Source: an archaeon
Lineage (GTDB): Archaea > Nanobdellota > Nanobdellia > SCGC-AAA011-G17 > GW2011-AR17
Direction: 5' to 3'
NCBI GenBank assembly: GCA_043825775.1
Contig: JBDRRK010000012.1
Coordinates: 1,237-65,236 of the forward strand
DNA: 64,000 nt
The notes under the pieces were generated by a model. The model was given only the letters and a program-made list of their open reading frames with translations. It was not told the origin of the DNA and did not search any database. Below are positions 48,324 to 59,085 of this stretch, piece by piece (within the stretch, counting starts at the first letter, position 1; the number at the start of each line of letters is the position of its first letter). Made by a program: the position numbers and the translations under genes.

Positions 48324-48539
48324 ATGAATCGTGACCAATTTCATAGGAATTATACCCTTGTTTATTGCCAAAAATGTGGGGTTGATTTAACTTACTCTGG
48401 AGGTATGGTGCTAGATAATGCTCTTTATTGTATTGGTAGGTGTTCTAATGGGGGGAAGTATCATTCTAAGCAGTTGGTTCAAGAGAAAGTTATAGGTAAA
48501 AAGCCCTTTGAATATAAAAGATTAAATGATAGATTATGA
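48324..48539 (+). CDS. Small Zn-finger-like protein
   Basis: CQKC...CIGRC; start probably ATG 48324. Confidence 0.45.
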   Translation: MNRDQFHRNYTLVYCQKCGVDLTYSGGMVLDNALYCIGRCSNGGKYHSKQLVQEKVIGKKPFEYKRLNDRL

Positions 48540-48544
48540 ATTAT

Positions 48545-48814
48545 TTAATTTCTGTTTTTAATTGCTAGATATTCTTCTTCTGTTATTGAATTAAAAGCAC
48601 ATATTTGTGAAAGAGGTATCCTTTTTGAAGTGAAGTAATCAGTCCTCACTTCAGCCATTTTTAGTACAATTAAAGGATCTATTTCTCTTTTATATCTTGT
48701 TTGATATACATTTGTTAAGGTTATTTCTCTTTTTGTAATTTTTTCTAATTCACCAACACCTAGATATAATGTAGAATTTGCTGTCCTTTCTATGAATGAT
48801 GAGTACCTTGGCAT
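48545..48814 (-). CDS. Hypothetical protein
   Basis: 89-aa ORF. Confidence 0.5.
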   Translation of the reverse strand: MPRYSSFIERTANSTLYLGVGELEKITKREITLTNVYQTRYKREIDPLIVLKMAEVRTDYFTSKRIPLSQICAFNSITEEEYLAIKNRN

Positions 48815-48837
48815 AATAATAGTTTTTTCTTTTAAAT

Positions 48838-50148
48838 TTATAAACTTTCCTTAAGAATTGATTGTAGTTCATTTCTGAATGCAGAAGGAACATTTGTCAT
48901 TGGATGTAATGAGTAGAAGTGGTTGTATAATTGGTCTTCTCTTTCTTGTGCTTCGTTTAGGAATTGTTTTTTGAATTCACCTATTAAGTATCCTTTTGCT
49001 CCATTTTTGTATGCTAAGTAGAAGGCTAATAGTTGTTGGTCTCTTGCTTCCTCACTCTTTTCATAGCAATCTGCTTCTTTTCCATTGAATAGACAGTATA
49101 ATTCTTTGTGTTCTTTGTTTAGTAATGGATGCAATTGTATTACTTTTGGGTCTATATTGTTTGCTAATAGGAATAAAGATAATCTTGCACATTTAGAACA
49201 TTCATGGCACCATCTTGATTCTAATGAAGCGTCTAAACAATCACAAGATATTTCATATTTTGCAAATTCTGGGTATCTTTGGAATAATACTTTCATTATT
49301 GCAATATTTGTTAATGGTTGGATTAGACTTGATAGTTTTGCTTGGTTGTTTGTTGCTAAAGAAAGCATTATATTTTGTTGCCTCATCCATTCTCTTGTTT
49401 GATCATAAGCTGGATAGGTTCTATATCCTTCTTTGTTCATGAAATAGAAGTTCATGTCTTGTTGGTTTCCCACAATAATGTGTTTTGCTTTGTATTGGTG
49501 CGTGAAGGGTAGTGCTAAAAGTGAAAATCCAGTAATCATATGTGTGTATCCTACGCAGGTTTCTTCTGTGTCATGTGTTTCAAAGTCATTTAATTGTTCT
49601 ATTTCATTTGTTACTGTATGTATTTTGATGTTGTGTTGTTTGCTTAGCTTTTCCATGTGTAGAAGTTTTAATTTGTTTTCAGTTGGGGATATTGTGTCAT
49701 TAATGTAAACTCCTGTTGGGTTTAGATTTAGCTCTTTTGCTAGTGCTAGGGATAATAATGAGTCTTTACCACAGGAGAAAGAGACTATTGCTTTTTCTTG
49801 TAATTGTTCTTTGTAATTAGGGTATTTTACTTTGTTGTTTTTGAAAAGGTAGTTTGTGTTTATGAATTGTTTTATTAGTTTGTTTGTTGATTGTTCGTAA
49901 TCATCTGTTGCGTGAGGTAGAGAGTTGATTACTACGTTGAAGAAGAAGGATTTTAGTAAAGGTAGTGAAGTGTTGTAGTTGATTATGTTTGTGTTTGCTA
50001 TTAAAGGAGTGTTTATTGTCAGTAAGTGTGCTAGGTTGTCTGTTAGAAATTCTTTTTCTGGGTAGTTGTTCCAGATATCTTTTGGGTATTGTAGATTGTA
50101 TTTATTTATTTTAAATCCTTGATTTGTTGTTTTTACCTTTAGATTCAT
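48838..50148 (-). CDS. PP-loop ATPase, MurL/QueC-like
   Basis: SFSCGKDS PP-loop; SC...WCHECSKC Zn site. Confidence 0.7.
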   Translation of the reverse strand: MNLKVKTTNQGFKINKYNLQYPKDIWNNYPEKEFLTDNLAHLLTINTPLIANTNIINYNTSLPLLKSFFFNVVINSLPHATDDYEQSTNKLIKQFINTNYLFKNNKVKYPNYKEQLQEKAIVSFSCGKDSLLSLALAKELNLNPTGVYINDTISPTENKLKLLHMEKLSKQHNIKIHTVTNEIEQLNDFETHDTEETCVGYTHMITGFSLLALPFTHQYKAKHIIVGNQQDMNFYFMNKEGYRTYPAYDQTREWMRQQNIMLSLATNNQAKLSSLIQPLTNIAIMKVLFQRYPEFAKYEISCDCLDASLESRWCHECSKCARLSLFLLANNIDPKVIQLHPLLNKEHKELYCLFNGKEADCYEKSEEARDQQLLAFYLAYKNGAKGYLIGEFKKQFLNEAQEREDQLYNHFYSLHPMTNVPSAFRNELQSILKESL

Positions 50149-50315
50149 GAGTGTTTAATTATTTTTATATTTTTATAGATTATTGTGCAGTAGAATGTGT
50201 AATTATTGAGGCTAATTTATGCTTTTTGTATGATTCTTACCAGCTCTCCTTCGGAGAGGGTTGTAAGTGGTAAGGGTTCAAAATATTTATAAATTCAATA
50301 TTAAATATTGGGTTT

Positions 50316-50735
50316 ATGAGAAAAGTTTTATATAGTTTGTTTTTAGTATTAACATTTATTTTTTTAGGGATTTTGTTCTTTTTTTTTACTTTGTACAATA
50401 CAACAGCAAATATAATATCTGGTGTAGTAATAGCTTCAGCTAGGGATACTTTTTTTAGTACAATGGGTTTTCTTACCCTTACTTCAATATTTTATGGTTT
50501 TTATATTTCTTCAGATAAGAATTCTTCAGATAAGAAATTATCAGAACATGATAGAAAACTCTTGAACAAATTGTTGTGGTTCTCTACGGTTTTTTATATT
50601 GTTTCAATAATGTTTTATTTTGCTAGGGATATAGCTTATCCTAAAATCTTCATTATTATTCAAGTTTTATTATTTTTGGCAGGCATTATGTTAACTTTAA
50701 CTCTTGCTTATAGATGGTATAGGGATAATTCCTAG
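50316..50735 (+). CDS. Four-TM membrane protein
   Basis: Hydrophobicity pattern. Confidence 0.6.
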   Translation: MRKVLYSLFLVLTFIFLGILFFFFTLYNTTANIISGVVIASARDTFFSTMGFLTLTSIFYGFYISSDKNSSDKKLSEHDRKLLNKLLWFSTVFYIVSIMFYFARDIAYPKIFIIIQVLLFLAGIMLTLTLAYRWYRDNS

Positions 50736-50785
50736 CTATCTTCCAAACAGAGTCAAAATAAATTCTATAGCTCTCAACGATCTCT

Positions 50786-52420
50786 TCAGAATAATTCAGA
50801 AAGATTCAACTCTAGAGCACAAGTAGGGAATTCTATTCCAAAGTTTTCAAGAACAGATGGATGTATTTCACCAATAAAAGCAACATCTTTTTTGTTTACA
50901 GAAATTCTAGCACATCTTCCTGAAATAAAAGAAGGATGTTCAACTTCTTTAACAGTATACTCTAAATCTAACATTCTTAAAACATAATCAAGAACTTGCT
51001 TAATTTCAGTAAAATTAGCTGTTTGATGTGAACTAACTACAGCAACTCTTTCATTTTCAATAGTTCCAGTTTCACTAATACCATTTTTAAACACCCTACC
51101 AATTTCAAATATTTTTTGTGGATAATCATATTTCTTATTTCTAGCTAGTATAGAAAGTAGATTAGGAATTATCCATGAACGAAGAACATTATATTCAAGA
51201 GATAATGAATTTTTTAGTTTAATTGTTTTTAATTTTGTGTTCATTTGCTCATTTTGTTCCTGTTCACTAGCTAGGTGATAGGAAGAACATTCTAAATAGC
51301 CAAGACCAATTATTATTTCAGCAACTTTTCTCTTTAGTATTTCTGTTTGTGACTCTTCACCTATTGTAGAAATGTTTGGAATTTCTTCTTGGAAGTTTTC
51401 ATAACCATATGCAATGGCAATGTCTTCAACTAAATCAATTGGATGTAAGATGTCTGCTCTGTAAGCTGGATAGGATACTAAACCTTTTGTATAATCCATT
51501 CCCATTTTTTGCAGTAATGTTTTTGCTTGAGCTTCTTTTAATTCTAATCCTAATAATTTGTTTACATACTTTAAATCCAAAGCCATTGTTTTGGGTTTTA
51601 GATCAGGAGAATTAATTGTTTTATTTCCATATTTCACCTTTACTTCATATACTGTTCCTTGCATATCATGGAACATTGTTGATAGGATGTTAATTATTAT
51701 TGTTAATGTATTTAAATCAAAACCAGATGCTTCAATGAATACATCTGTTGTTGTTTTTGTTATCTTTCCTGTTTTTTCAGAATTGATAATTGGTGGCATT
51801 GATAATATTTGTTTGTTAGCATCTTCAAAGAATGGGAATTTCTTTAATCCTTCAAGTAAATAAGCATATTCTCTTCCTTTTTGGTGTTGGGATAGTATTT
51901 GTAATCCAGTTAATGGTTTATTTCCTTCTAATGGAATAAATTTAATTTTTTTAGGATCTTCTGCAAAGTATTTTATTGGAAATTTTATTTTCTCTAAAGG
52001 ATAGATACCTATTGCTGCTTTTTTTCTATTTCTACAGAAAGATACATGTAACTTTTCTTGAATATTTATTATTTCTTCTATAACTTCATTTGTAAACTTA
52101 ATTCCTTTAACAACAGCACACATAGTATATGGTCTTATTGATTTAATAGAAGGTTGCACGTTTACTATAAAGTTGGATTTATTTACTTTAAATTTTCTTA
52201 ATCCTGTTTTAATTCCCATAAATGCTGATAAGGATCTAGCGAAACCTTGTTCTGATAGCATGTCTGGACGATTTGGAAATATTTCAACATCAATTGTTTT
52301 ATCAGTAACCTGGTCTAAATCTGTTCCAAGCATTGAAATTCTATCTTTTAGAGTATCATCTGGTATTTTCTTGCCTATTAGTTTCATTACTGTTTCTTTG
52401 TTTAGTGATACGTTTGGCAT
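50786..52420 (-). CDS. pheT: Phenylalanyl-tRNA synthetase beta subunit (archaeal type)
   Basis: PNRPDMLS, SMPPIINS, YRADILHPIDLVEDIAIAYGY. Confidence 0.96.
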   Translation of the reverse strand: MPNVSLNKETVMKLIGKKIPDDTLKDRISMLGTDLDQVTDKTIDVEIFPNRPDMLSEQGFARSLSAFMGIKTGLRKFKVNKSNFIVNVQPSIKSIRPYTMCAVVKGIKFTNEVIEEIINIQEKLHVSFCRNRKKAAIGIYPLEKIKFPIKYFAEDPKKIKFIPLEGNKPLTGLQILSQHQKGREYAYLLEGLKKFPFFEDANKQILSMPPIINSEKTGKITKTTTDVFIEASGFDLNTLTIIINILSTMFHDMQGTVYEVKVKYGNKTINSPDLKPKTMALDLKYVNKLLGLELKEAQAKTLLQKMGMDYTKGLVSYPAYRADILHPIDLVEDIAIAYGYENFQEEIPNISTIGEESQTEILKRKVAEIIIGLGYLECSSYHLASEQEQNEQMNTKLKTIKLKNSLSLEYNVLRSWIIPNLLSILARNKKYDYPQKIFEIGRVFKNGISETGTIENERVAVVSSHQTANFTEIKQVLDYVLRMLDLEYTVKEVEHPSFISGRCARISVNKKDVAFIGEIHPSVLENFGIEFPTCALELNLSELF

Positions 52421-53916
52421 TATCTTCTCCAGGTTTTCATCTCTCTTAATTGTTTAATATCATTTTTGTATAAGTTTCTTAAATCATGAATTTGGTAAAA
52501 GTCAGTTATAATTCTATCAAAGCCAGGTCCCCAGGCTAGTACTGGTACATCTTCTCCTAAAAGAGGTACTACAACTTCTGGTCTGAATATTCCAGCCCCA
52601 CCAAGTTCTACCCATTTTTTGTGTACTGGATGGTAGACATCTATTTCTACTGACATTTCAGTATAAGGAAAATAAGCTGGTCTAAATCTTGCGTTTGGAA
52701 ATCCTAATTTTGAAAAAAATCTTTTTAAGTATCCTAAAAGATGTCTGAAGTTTGCATTTGGATCTACTACAATTCCTTCTGTTTGATTGAATTCAAATAA
52801 ATGTGTTGGGTCTACTGCTTCATTTCTAAAACATTTTCCTACTGCAAAGTATTTAACTGGCCAATCTGATTTTTTTAATTCCTTTAATGTTTGTGCACTC
52901 AATACTGTTGTATGTGTTCTTAGAACATTTGTTTTAGCATCATTTTCATCCCATTTGTATTGCCAGCCTAATGATTTTGTTTTTCCACCATTTTCGTGAA
53001 CTGCTTTTATTGCATTAACCAATTCTTTACTTGGTAGTTTTCCATTTGTTTCTAAGTAGAAAGTGTCTTGTAGTTCTCTTACAGGATGATCTTGGGCTGT
53101 AAACAATGCATCGAAGTTCCAGAATGATGTGTTTATTATCTGTCCTTGCATTTCCTTAAAACCCATTTCAATCCAAACATCTCTTGCATAATCTATTGCT
53201 TGATTTACAAAGTGTCTTTTTCCACCATAAACATTAGGAACATTGATTTCAACATCATATTTTCTAAATTCTTGTTTTTTCCAGGTTCCTTTTTTCAGAT
53301 GTTCTGGAGTTAGTGCTTCAATAAGATTTACATTAAGGTTTTCTTTTTGTAGTTTTATTCCAGTAGGTGTTAGATTGATTGTTCTTGTTTTTTCAAGAAC
53401 TGTTTCAATAATGTTTTTTCTTTTCTTTAGATTGTTGTAAGCTAGTTTATCTTCATTTACTAGATCTTTTGTTTCTAAGGGAAGTTTTTTTAAAAATTTT
53501 TCTTCAAGAAATTCTTGTGTTAATAACTTTCGGCCGTTTGGAGTCAATGTTATTTCCTGGCCCATTACAATTGCTGCTTTTTTTCTTAATTCTCCTAATG
53601 CAATGTTTAGTTCTTCTTTTGGTAGATTGATATCTTTAATTGTTAATTTTCCTCTTTTGTTTAATTCATCAAGAAGTCTTCTTTCAGGTAGTTTATCTTT
53701 TGTGTATTTCTTTCCAAGTTCACCTAAAGAGACTAGTTCTTTCATTTCAAGGTTTATTTTTAGAACATCTTTGTTTTGCAGGAATTGTAGAGCTCGCATA
53801 ACTTCAACTTCTTGTTTGTTTGTTTTCTTAGTTAGCTCTTTTAGAGTTATAGAATCCTGAATATAAGGTAATATTTCCCTCTCCTTAGGACTTAGTGAAT
53901 TTACAAGGCCTTTCAT
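52420..53916 (-). CDS. pheS: Phenylalanyl-tRNA synthetase alpha subunit (archaeal type)
   Basis: FWNFDALF..QDHPVRELQDTFY, FRNEAVDPTHLFEFNQTEG, YFPYTEMS. Confidence 0.97.
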   Translation of the reverse strand: MKGLVNSLSPKEREILPYIQDSITLKELTKKTNKQEVEVMRALQFLQNKDVLKINLEMKELVSLGELGKKYTKDKLPERRLLDELNKRGKLTIKDINLPKEELNIALGELRKKAAIVMGQEITLTPNGRKLLTQEFLEEKFLKKLPLETKDLVNEDKLAYNNLKKRKNIIETVLEKTRTINLTPTGIKLQKENLNVNLIEALTPEHLKKGTWKKQEFRKYDVEINVPNVYGGKRHFVNQAIDYARDVWIEMGFKEMQGQIINTSFWNFDALFTAQDHPVRELQDTFYLETNGKLPSKELVNAIKAVHENGGKTKSLGWQYKWDENDAKTNVLRTHTTVLSAQTLKELKKSDWPVKYFAVGKCFRNEAVDPTHLFEFNQTEGIVVDPNANFRHLLGYLKRFFSKLGFPNARFRPAYFPYTEMSVEIDVYHPVHKKWVELGGAGIFRPEVVVPLLGEDVPVLAWGPGFDRIITDFYQIHDLRNLYKNDIKQLREMKTWRR

Positions 53917-53950
53917 TAGAATAAATAAATAGTTATTATGTTTTTAAATG

Positions 53951-54154
53951 TTACTGTGCAGCTCTTATATACTTTTGAATAATTCTATATTCTCTGTTAT
54001 CAGTTGTCTTTGCAAGACTTCTTTTTAGGTTAATAATTCTTCTAGGTTCTTCAAGACTAGTATCATATCTTAGACAATCTTGAATTCTATCTAATAATTC
54101 TCTGTAAACCATAGGGTCTATATCATTTATTTCTCCTATTGTAATATCTTTCAA
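53951..54154 (-). CDS. Small hypothetical protein
   Basis: 67-aa ORF, TTG start. Confidence 0.35.
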   Translation of the reverse strand: MKDITIGEINDIDPMVYRELLDRIQDCLRYDTSLEEPRRIINLKRSLAKTTDNREYRIIQKYIRAAQ

Positions 54155-54320
54155 TTTAAAAAATCTTAATCAACCCCTACAAAATTGAATATAAGGTTTA
54201 AGAGAAGTAATACCTTGCACTGGTGTTCCAGTAGTAGTTTCTATATCTGTTAATTGTTTTTCAATTAGTACTACTAAACCTAATGCATTTCTATTTTTTA
54301 TTCTTTGAGCTAATTCTTTA

Positions 54321-54647
54321 TTATTCATTTTTTTGTTTTTCAATATACTCAAAATAGTCAGGATGTCTTTGTTCCATTAATACTTGGTACATATTACGGT
54401 TATCTTCTAATTTTCCTTGTAAGTTGGATAAAATTGTTGCAGTGTAGAAATAGGTTTCTTCACTTATTTCATCTCTTTCGTATTGTTCTACAACTTGTGC
54501 TTTTTCTCGTGCAATATCTGCTTGACTTGTTGTATAACATTCTGCATAACTTCTTTGTTCTTGCCAGTATTCTTCAGCGGGATTAGGTTTACAAGAAAGA
54601 AAAGTAGTTAGGGTTATTCCTAACATTGTTGAGATTAGTTTTCTCAT
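54321..54647 (-). CDS. Hypothetical lipoprotein
   Basis: FLSC lipobox-like signal. Confidence 0.55.
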   Translation of the reverse strand: MRKLISTMLGITLTTFLSCKPNPAEEYWQEQRSYAECYTTSQADIAREKAQVVEQYERDEISEETYFYTATILSNLQGKLEDNRNMYQVLMEQRHPDYFEYIEKQKNE

Positions 54648-54648
54648 T

Positions 54649-55452
54649 TTAAGCTCTTTTCAAGCCTTTCCAAGATAGTTCAAACATTTGTTCCAAAGCT
54701 TGTGTAAAGAATGGTGTGTTAACCCATACACCCATGTCATAAGCTTCATGTACTTCTTGATCATCTGAAAGCATGAACACTAATTCCTTTCCATCTACTA
54801 GAACGAATCTTGCTTTTGAATCTTTATCTGCAACTCTTACTTCTATAACTTCTTTTAAATCTTTAGGGATAAAAGAAAGTTCTTTAACAGGAGCTACTAT
54901 TTTTACTTTGATTCCATTTGCTTTTGCTTTTTTGATTGCTGATTTTAATAGGTCTAATTTTCTTACTAGACCTTTTTCAGTTGTCATGATGCAAATGCTT
55001 GATTCAGCGTTTTGAATTAATGTTTTTAAATGATCATATAAATTTTTTCTACCTTTTAGAATTCCAGACAAGTCTGCAGGTTCTACTTTGTCAATACCTT
55101 GTTTGTATAAGAGTTCAATTTCACCATAGATGTTTGTTTCTCTTACTTTTTCAAGTTCTTTTAGATGAGATGTAGCATCTGTTTCTATTTTCTTTTTTAC
55201 TCTTTTTAAGATTTCTTCTGGTTTTACTGCAATGTATTTTATTGGTTTTCCTAGCTTCATTATAATAAATCCTTTCTTTTCTAAAGACTCTAGAACATCA
55301 TAACTTCTGCTTCTTGGTACACCAGAAATATCAGCTAATTCACCTGCGGCTGCTACCCCTCTTGATAGTAATGCGGTCCAGACTTTTACTTCATAAATGT
55401 TTAAGTCAAAGGCTGACCTCAGTTTTTTTAGGAATTCATCATTAACAATCAT
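54649..55452 (-). CDS. TrmB-family transcription regulator
   Basis: LNIYEVKVWTALL...SGVPRSRSYDVLESLEKKGF; PLD-like effector domain. Confidence 0.92.
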   Translation of the reverse strand: MIVNDEFLKKLRSAFDLNIYEVKVWTALLSRGVAAAGELADISGVPRSRSYDVLESLEKKGFIIMKLGKPIKYIAVKPEEILKRVKKKIETDATSHLKELEKVRETNIYGEIELLYKQGIDKVEPADLSGILKGRKNLYDHLKTLIQNAESSICIMTTEKGLVRKLDLLKSAIKKAKANGIKVKIVAPVKELSFIPKDLKEVIEVRVADKDSKARFVLVDGKELVFMLSDDQEVHEAYDMGVWVNTPFFTQALEQMFELSWKGLKRA

Positions 55453-55543
55453 TTTCGAGTTTCTCCTCTACTTGTATACTATTTAGAATTAAATGACCCT
55501 TTATAAATCTTTCGTTTTTTTTACTGTTATAAAGTAGTAACTT

Positions 55544-57178
55544 TTAGGAAGAAAAGAATCTTTTGAATATAAGTCTTGTTGCAATTGCTCCTATAAATAG
55601 GGCAAATGTGAAGCCTAATAGGGTATATATAAGGATACTTATTTCTGCAAATGGAGCGTTAAAAAGCAATAATTTCTTTAAAATACTCTCTGCCATCACA
55701 AATGGATTGTACATAACTATCTTTCTAGTTACAGCTGAAAGGGTTTCTAATGGTAATATTGTATTTGAGAAGAACAAGAATACGATTCCAACTGAAACTG
55801 ATGCTAATGTTACTGTTTGTTTTGTGTTAAACATATATGCTAGTAACATTCCTGTAAATATAAATAATGATGCTACAATGAATAGTACAAGACCTGCTAG
55901 TAGATATGCTGTTACTCCTGGATCTGGTACGAAGAAATAAACTATTCCTAACATGATTACTATTTGTAGTAAAATAACCATTGCTGTTGATATATATTCT
56001 CCAATAACAAATACTAAGTCATTTGTTGGAGTTATGAAATTTCTAAAGTAAGCTAATGATGTTTTTTCAGCCATAATGTTTGAAGAACTGATTAATAGTG
56101 CTACAAACATGAAAATCATTATTAATATTGAAGGAATAATGTATAATAAATAGTTATTAGTAGAACTTATTGGTTCTATTGTTGTTTTAACTGGTGTTAC
56201 AATGTTTTCTACATTTGTTATTTTAATTGTATTAATTTCAGCATTCATTGTGTTTAAACTTGTTTCTACTGTGTTTATCTTTGTTAATTCATTTCCAGCT
56301 GTTGCTTTTGCTGTTCCTAGTGTTGATGATGATGAAGTAATTCCTGTTGTAGCTGTGTCAACTGTTGTAGTTAATGCGTTATATGCAGATCTTAGTGCAT
56401 TTACTTGTGCTTTTAAGTCTGTGAATACAGAACTACTCATATTGTTACTGCTTTCTATTGAGCTTATTTCTGTTTCTATTCCTGTTGAATCATAAGCAGT
56501 ATAGCTTAAATCTACTCCTGAAATGCTTGATTCTGCTGAGGATAGTTCTGATGTTAATTGAGCATTAATATTTTTTAGATTTGTTGTTGTTGCTTGAGAT
56601 TGAACAACATTTGTGTTTACATTGTCCAAAACAACTAATATTGTTGTAACCATATCTGTTGATAGCTCTTCTGCTGAAACTGAAACCTTTGAATTTATTT
56701 GTGAAGAGATCAGATTTGCAATATTTAATCTTGAATTGTCTACATATATTTTTATTATATTGTTTGCACTGTTGTCTAAAATCATATTTGATGGGAAAAC
56801 AACACATACTTGAAAATTATCAAATTTAATTGAATCAATACATTCTGCTTCTGATTCCATTTTTATTACATTGTACTGTGAATCAGATAGGTTTGTTACT
56901 ATCGTTTCTGATATTGAAGAATAAGATTCTGAATATGCCGCAATATTCAAATCATATAAAGTTGATGTGTTGAATGCTAATGCAATTAAGAATACAATGA
57001 TTAATGGTCCTAAGATGAATAAGAATGCTGATAGCTTTGATCTTAGAAGTATTCTAAAGTTCTTTAAGATTATAAAATAAAGTTTGGTAATTGAATTTAG
57101 TCTTGGCCTTTCTATAAAAACATCTACTTTCTCTTCTGGTTCCTCTTTCTTTTTTACTAATCTTGCTATGAAACTCAT
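55544..57178 (-). CDS. ABC-2 type permease with large extracellular domain
   Basis: N-terminal TM, S/T-rich helical ectodomain, five C-terminal TMs. Confidence 0.82.
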   Translation of the reverse strand: MSFIARLVKKKEEPEEKVDVFIERPRLNSITKLYFIILKNFRILLRSKLSAFLFILGPLIIVFLIALAFNTSTLYDLNIAAYSESYSSISETIVTNLSDSQYNVIKMESEAECIDSIKFDNFQVCVVFPSNMILDNSANNIIKIYVDNSRLNIANLISSQINSKVSVSAEELSTDMVTTILVVLDNVNTNVVQSQATTTNLKNINAQLTSELSSAESSISGVDLSYTAYDSTGIETEISSIESSNNMSSSVFTDLKAQVNALRSAYNALTTTVDTATTGITSSSSTLGTAKATAGNELTKINTVETSLNTMNAEINTIKITNVENIVTPVKTTIEPISSTNNYLLYIIPSILIMIFMFVALLISSSNIMAEKTSLAYFRNFITPTNDLVFVIGEYISTAMVILLQIVIMLGIVYFFVPDPGVTAYLLAGLVLFIVASLFIFTGMLLAYMFNTKQTVTLASVSVGIVFLFFSNTILPLETLSAVTRKIVMYNPFVMAESILKKLLLFNAPFAEISILIYTLLGFTFALFIGAIATRLIFKRFFSS

Positions 57179-58107
57179 TTTCTTGTTAAGTATTCAAATA
57201 CTTCCTCTATTCTTGGTTTTGTAACCTCAATTTGAATTAACCTTTGTTTTTTTGCTTTTAATAATCTCATTAGTGATGCTAGTGTTTTTTGTGCATCAGG
57301 AGTATAAAGATAGACTTGATTGTGAATTTCGTATAATTTTGTTACATTCATTCTTTTTATTGAAGGGATTATTGATTCATATTCTCTTGTTTCTGTTTCA
57401 AATCTGATTTCTTCATTTCTGCTATACTTGTTTTTTAAAACATTCGGATGGTCTTGTGCTATAACCTTTCCTTTGTGCAATATTGCCAATTCATCACAAA
57501 TAGCCTCTGCTTCACCCATTAGGTGGGATGTAATTATTACTTTTGTACCTTCATCATCTATTTTTTTAATTAAAGCTAGAATCTTTTTTCTTAAAACTGG
57601 ATCCATGTTTCCGGTTGGCTCGTCTAGGATTAGAACTTTTGGTTTGTGTATTAAAGAGCAAGCAATGTCTAATCTCCTGTACATACCTGTTGAGAGCTCT
57701 TCTGCAATAACATCTTCTGAATTTTCTAGCTCTACAAATTCTAGTAATTCTTTCATTCTTGCTTTTATATCTTTTTTTCTCATATTATACATCTTTCCAA
57801 AGTAAATCATATTTTCTTTAATTGTTAATTTTGGATATACTGAGCCAGCTTGTGTTCCAAAGCCAAATACTTGATTGAATGTTTTTTTGTTTCTGTGGAT
57901 TTCTTGTCCATCAAATAAAACCTTGCCACTATCTGGTTTCCAGAAACCAATTAGAATGTTCAATAGAGTTGTTTTTCCAGAGCCTGAAAGACCCATTATT
58001 CCGAAAATACCCTCTTTTTTTATTTCAATGTCTAAATTATTTAGCACTATATTAGAACCAAATTTTTTATTTACTTTATCAAATTTAATTAATGCCTCTT
58101 CTTCCAT
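57175..58107 (-). CDS. ABC ATP-binding subunit
   Basis: GLSGSGKTT, LSTGM, LDEPTGNMD, TSH. Confidence 0.92.
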   Translation of the reverse strand: MEEEALIKFDKVNKKFGSNIVLNNLDIEIKKEGIFGIMGLSGSGKTTLLNILIGFWKPDSGKVLFDGQEIHRNKKTFNQVFGFGTQAGSVYPKLTIKENMIYFGKMYNMRKKDIKARMKELLEFVELENSEDVIAEELSTGMYRRLDIACSLIHKPKVLILDEPTGNMDPVLRKKILALIKKIDDEGTKVIITSHLMGEAEAICDELAILHKGKVIAQDHPNVLKNKYSRNEEIRFETETREYESIIPSIKRMNVTKLYEIHNQVYLYTPDAQKTLASLMRLLKAKKQRLIQIEVTKPRIEEVFEYLTRK

Positions 58108-58180
58108 TGATTCTTTTGTAGATTATTATATTAATAAATGTTTTGGAAAATCTTTTAAACTTAAGTGGCATTGGAAATGT

Positions 58181-58990
58181 ATGAAACATACTTTTAAAGT
58201 TACTTTGATAATACTTGTTTTGTTCTTAGGTGCACAGATAATTGGTTTGTATGTTACTGATCATTTTCTTGGTGAACAAACCTTACCATTAAATATTGAA
58301 AGGCCAGAAGTTAATGAAGGAACTAGTTTCATTGTAATATTTGTATTTATTTTACTGGCTACAGTTCTTGCGTTACTTTTGTTGAGGTTTTCTTTGTTTA
58401 GATTGTGGAAAATGTGGTTTTTACTTAGTGTTTTTTTCACTTTAACTGTTTCATGGAGTGCTTTTATGTGGGAATGGTTGGCTATTGTGTTTGCGATTAT
58501 ATTTGCATTATTGAAAGTGTTTAGGCCAGGAGTTATTACCCATAACTTTACTGAACTGTTTATATATGGTGCATTAGCTGCTATATTTGTTCCTTTACTG
58601 AGTTTACTTTCTGCATCTATATTATTAGTGTTAATTTCTGTGTATGACTATATTGCTGTTAGAAAGACTAAACATATGATTAAGCTAGCAAAGTCTCAAG
58701 GAGAGGCAAAAGTGTTTGCTGGTTTGTTAGTTCCTTATGACAAGAATAAAACTGCTATTTTAGGTGGAGGAGATGTGGGTTTTCCTTTGTTGTTTGCAGG
58801 AGTTGTAATGGTTCACTTTGGTTTTGGTTTATTAGACCCTAGAACTTACATTGTTCCTATATTTGCAATGTTAGGATTGTTTTACTTATTCTGGAAAAGT
58901 GAAAAGAAAAAATATTATCCAGCTATGCCTTATGTTTCAGCTGGTTGTTTTCTTGGACTAGGTCTAGTGTATCTGCTTTCCTTTCTGTAA
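58181..58990 (+). CDS. Presenilin/signal-peptide-peptidase family intramembrane aspartyl protease
   Basis: SVYDYIAV, LGGGDVGFP, YPAMP; true start probably ATG 58181. Confidence 0.88.
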   Translation: MKHTFKVTLIILVLFLGAQIIGLYVTDHFLGEQTLPLNIERPEVNEGTSFIVIFVFILLATVLALLLLRFSLFRLWKMWFLLSVFFTLTVSWSAFMWEWLAIVFAIIFALLKVFRPGVITHNFTELFIYGALAAIFVPLLSLLSASILLVLISVYDYIAVRKTKHMIKLAKSQGEAKVFAGLLVPYDKNKTAILGGGDVGFPLLFAGVVMVHFGFGLLDPRTYIVPIFAMLGLFYLFWKSEKKKYYPAMPYVSAGCFLGLGLVYLLSFL

Positions 58991-59085
58991 ATTCTCTTGA
59001 TTCACAAAAGCATCTTACTGAACTAGGTATTTCATTTGTTTTGAATGAATATATTTGTCCACATTTATTACATACTGCTTCCATT

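Noticed and set aside
57875..58180. N-terminal extension of the presenilin-like ORF
   Set aside because: Antisense to the ABC ATPase gene; the real start is probably 58181
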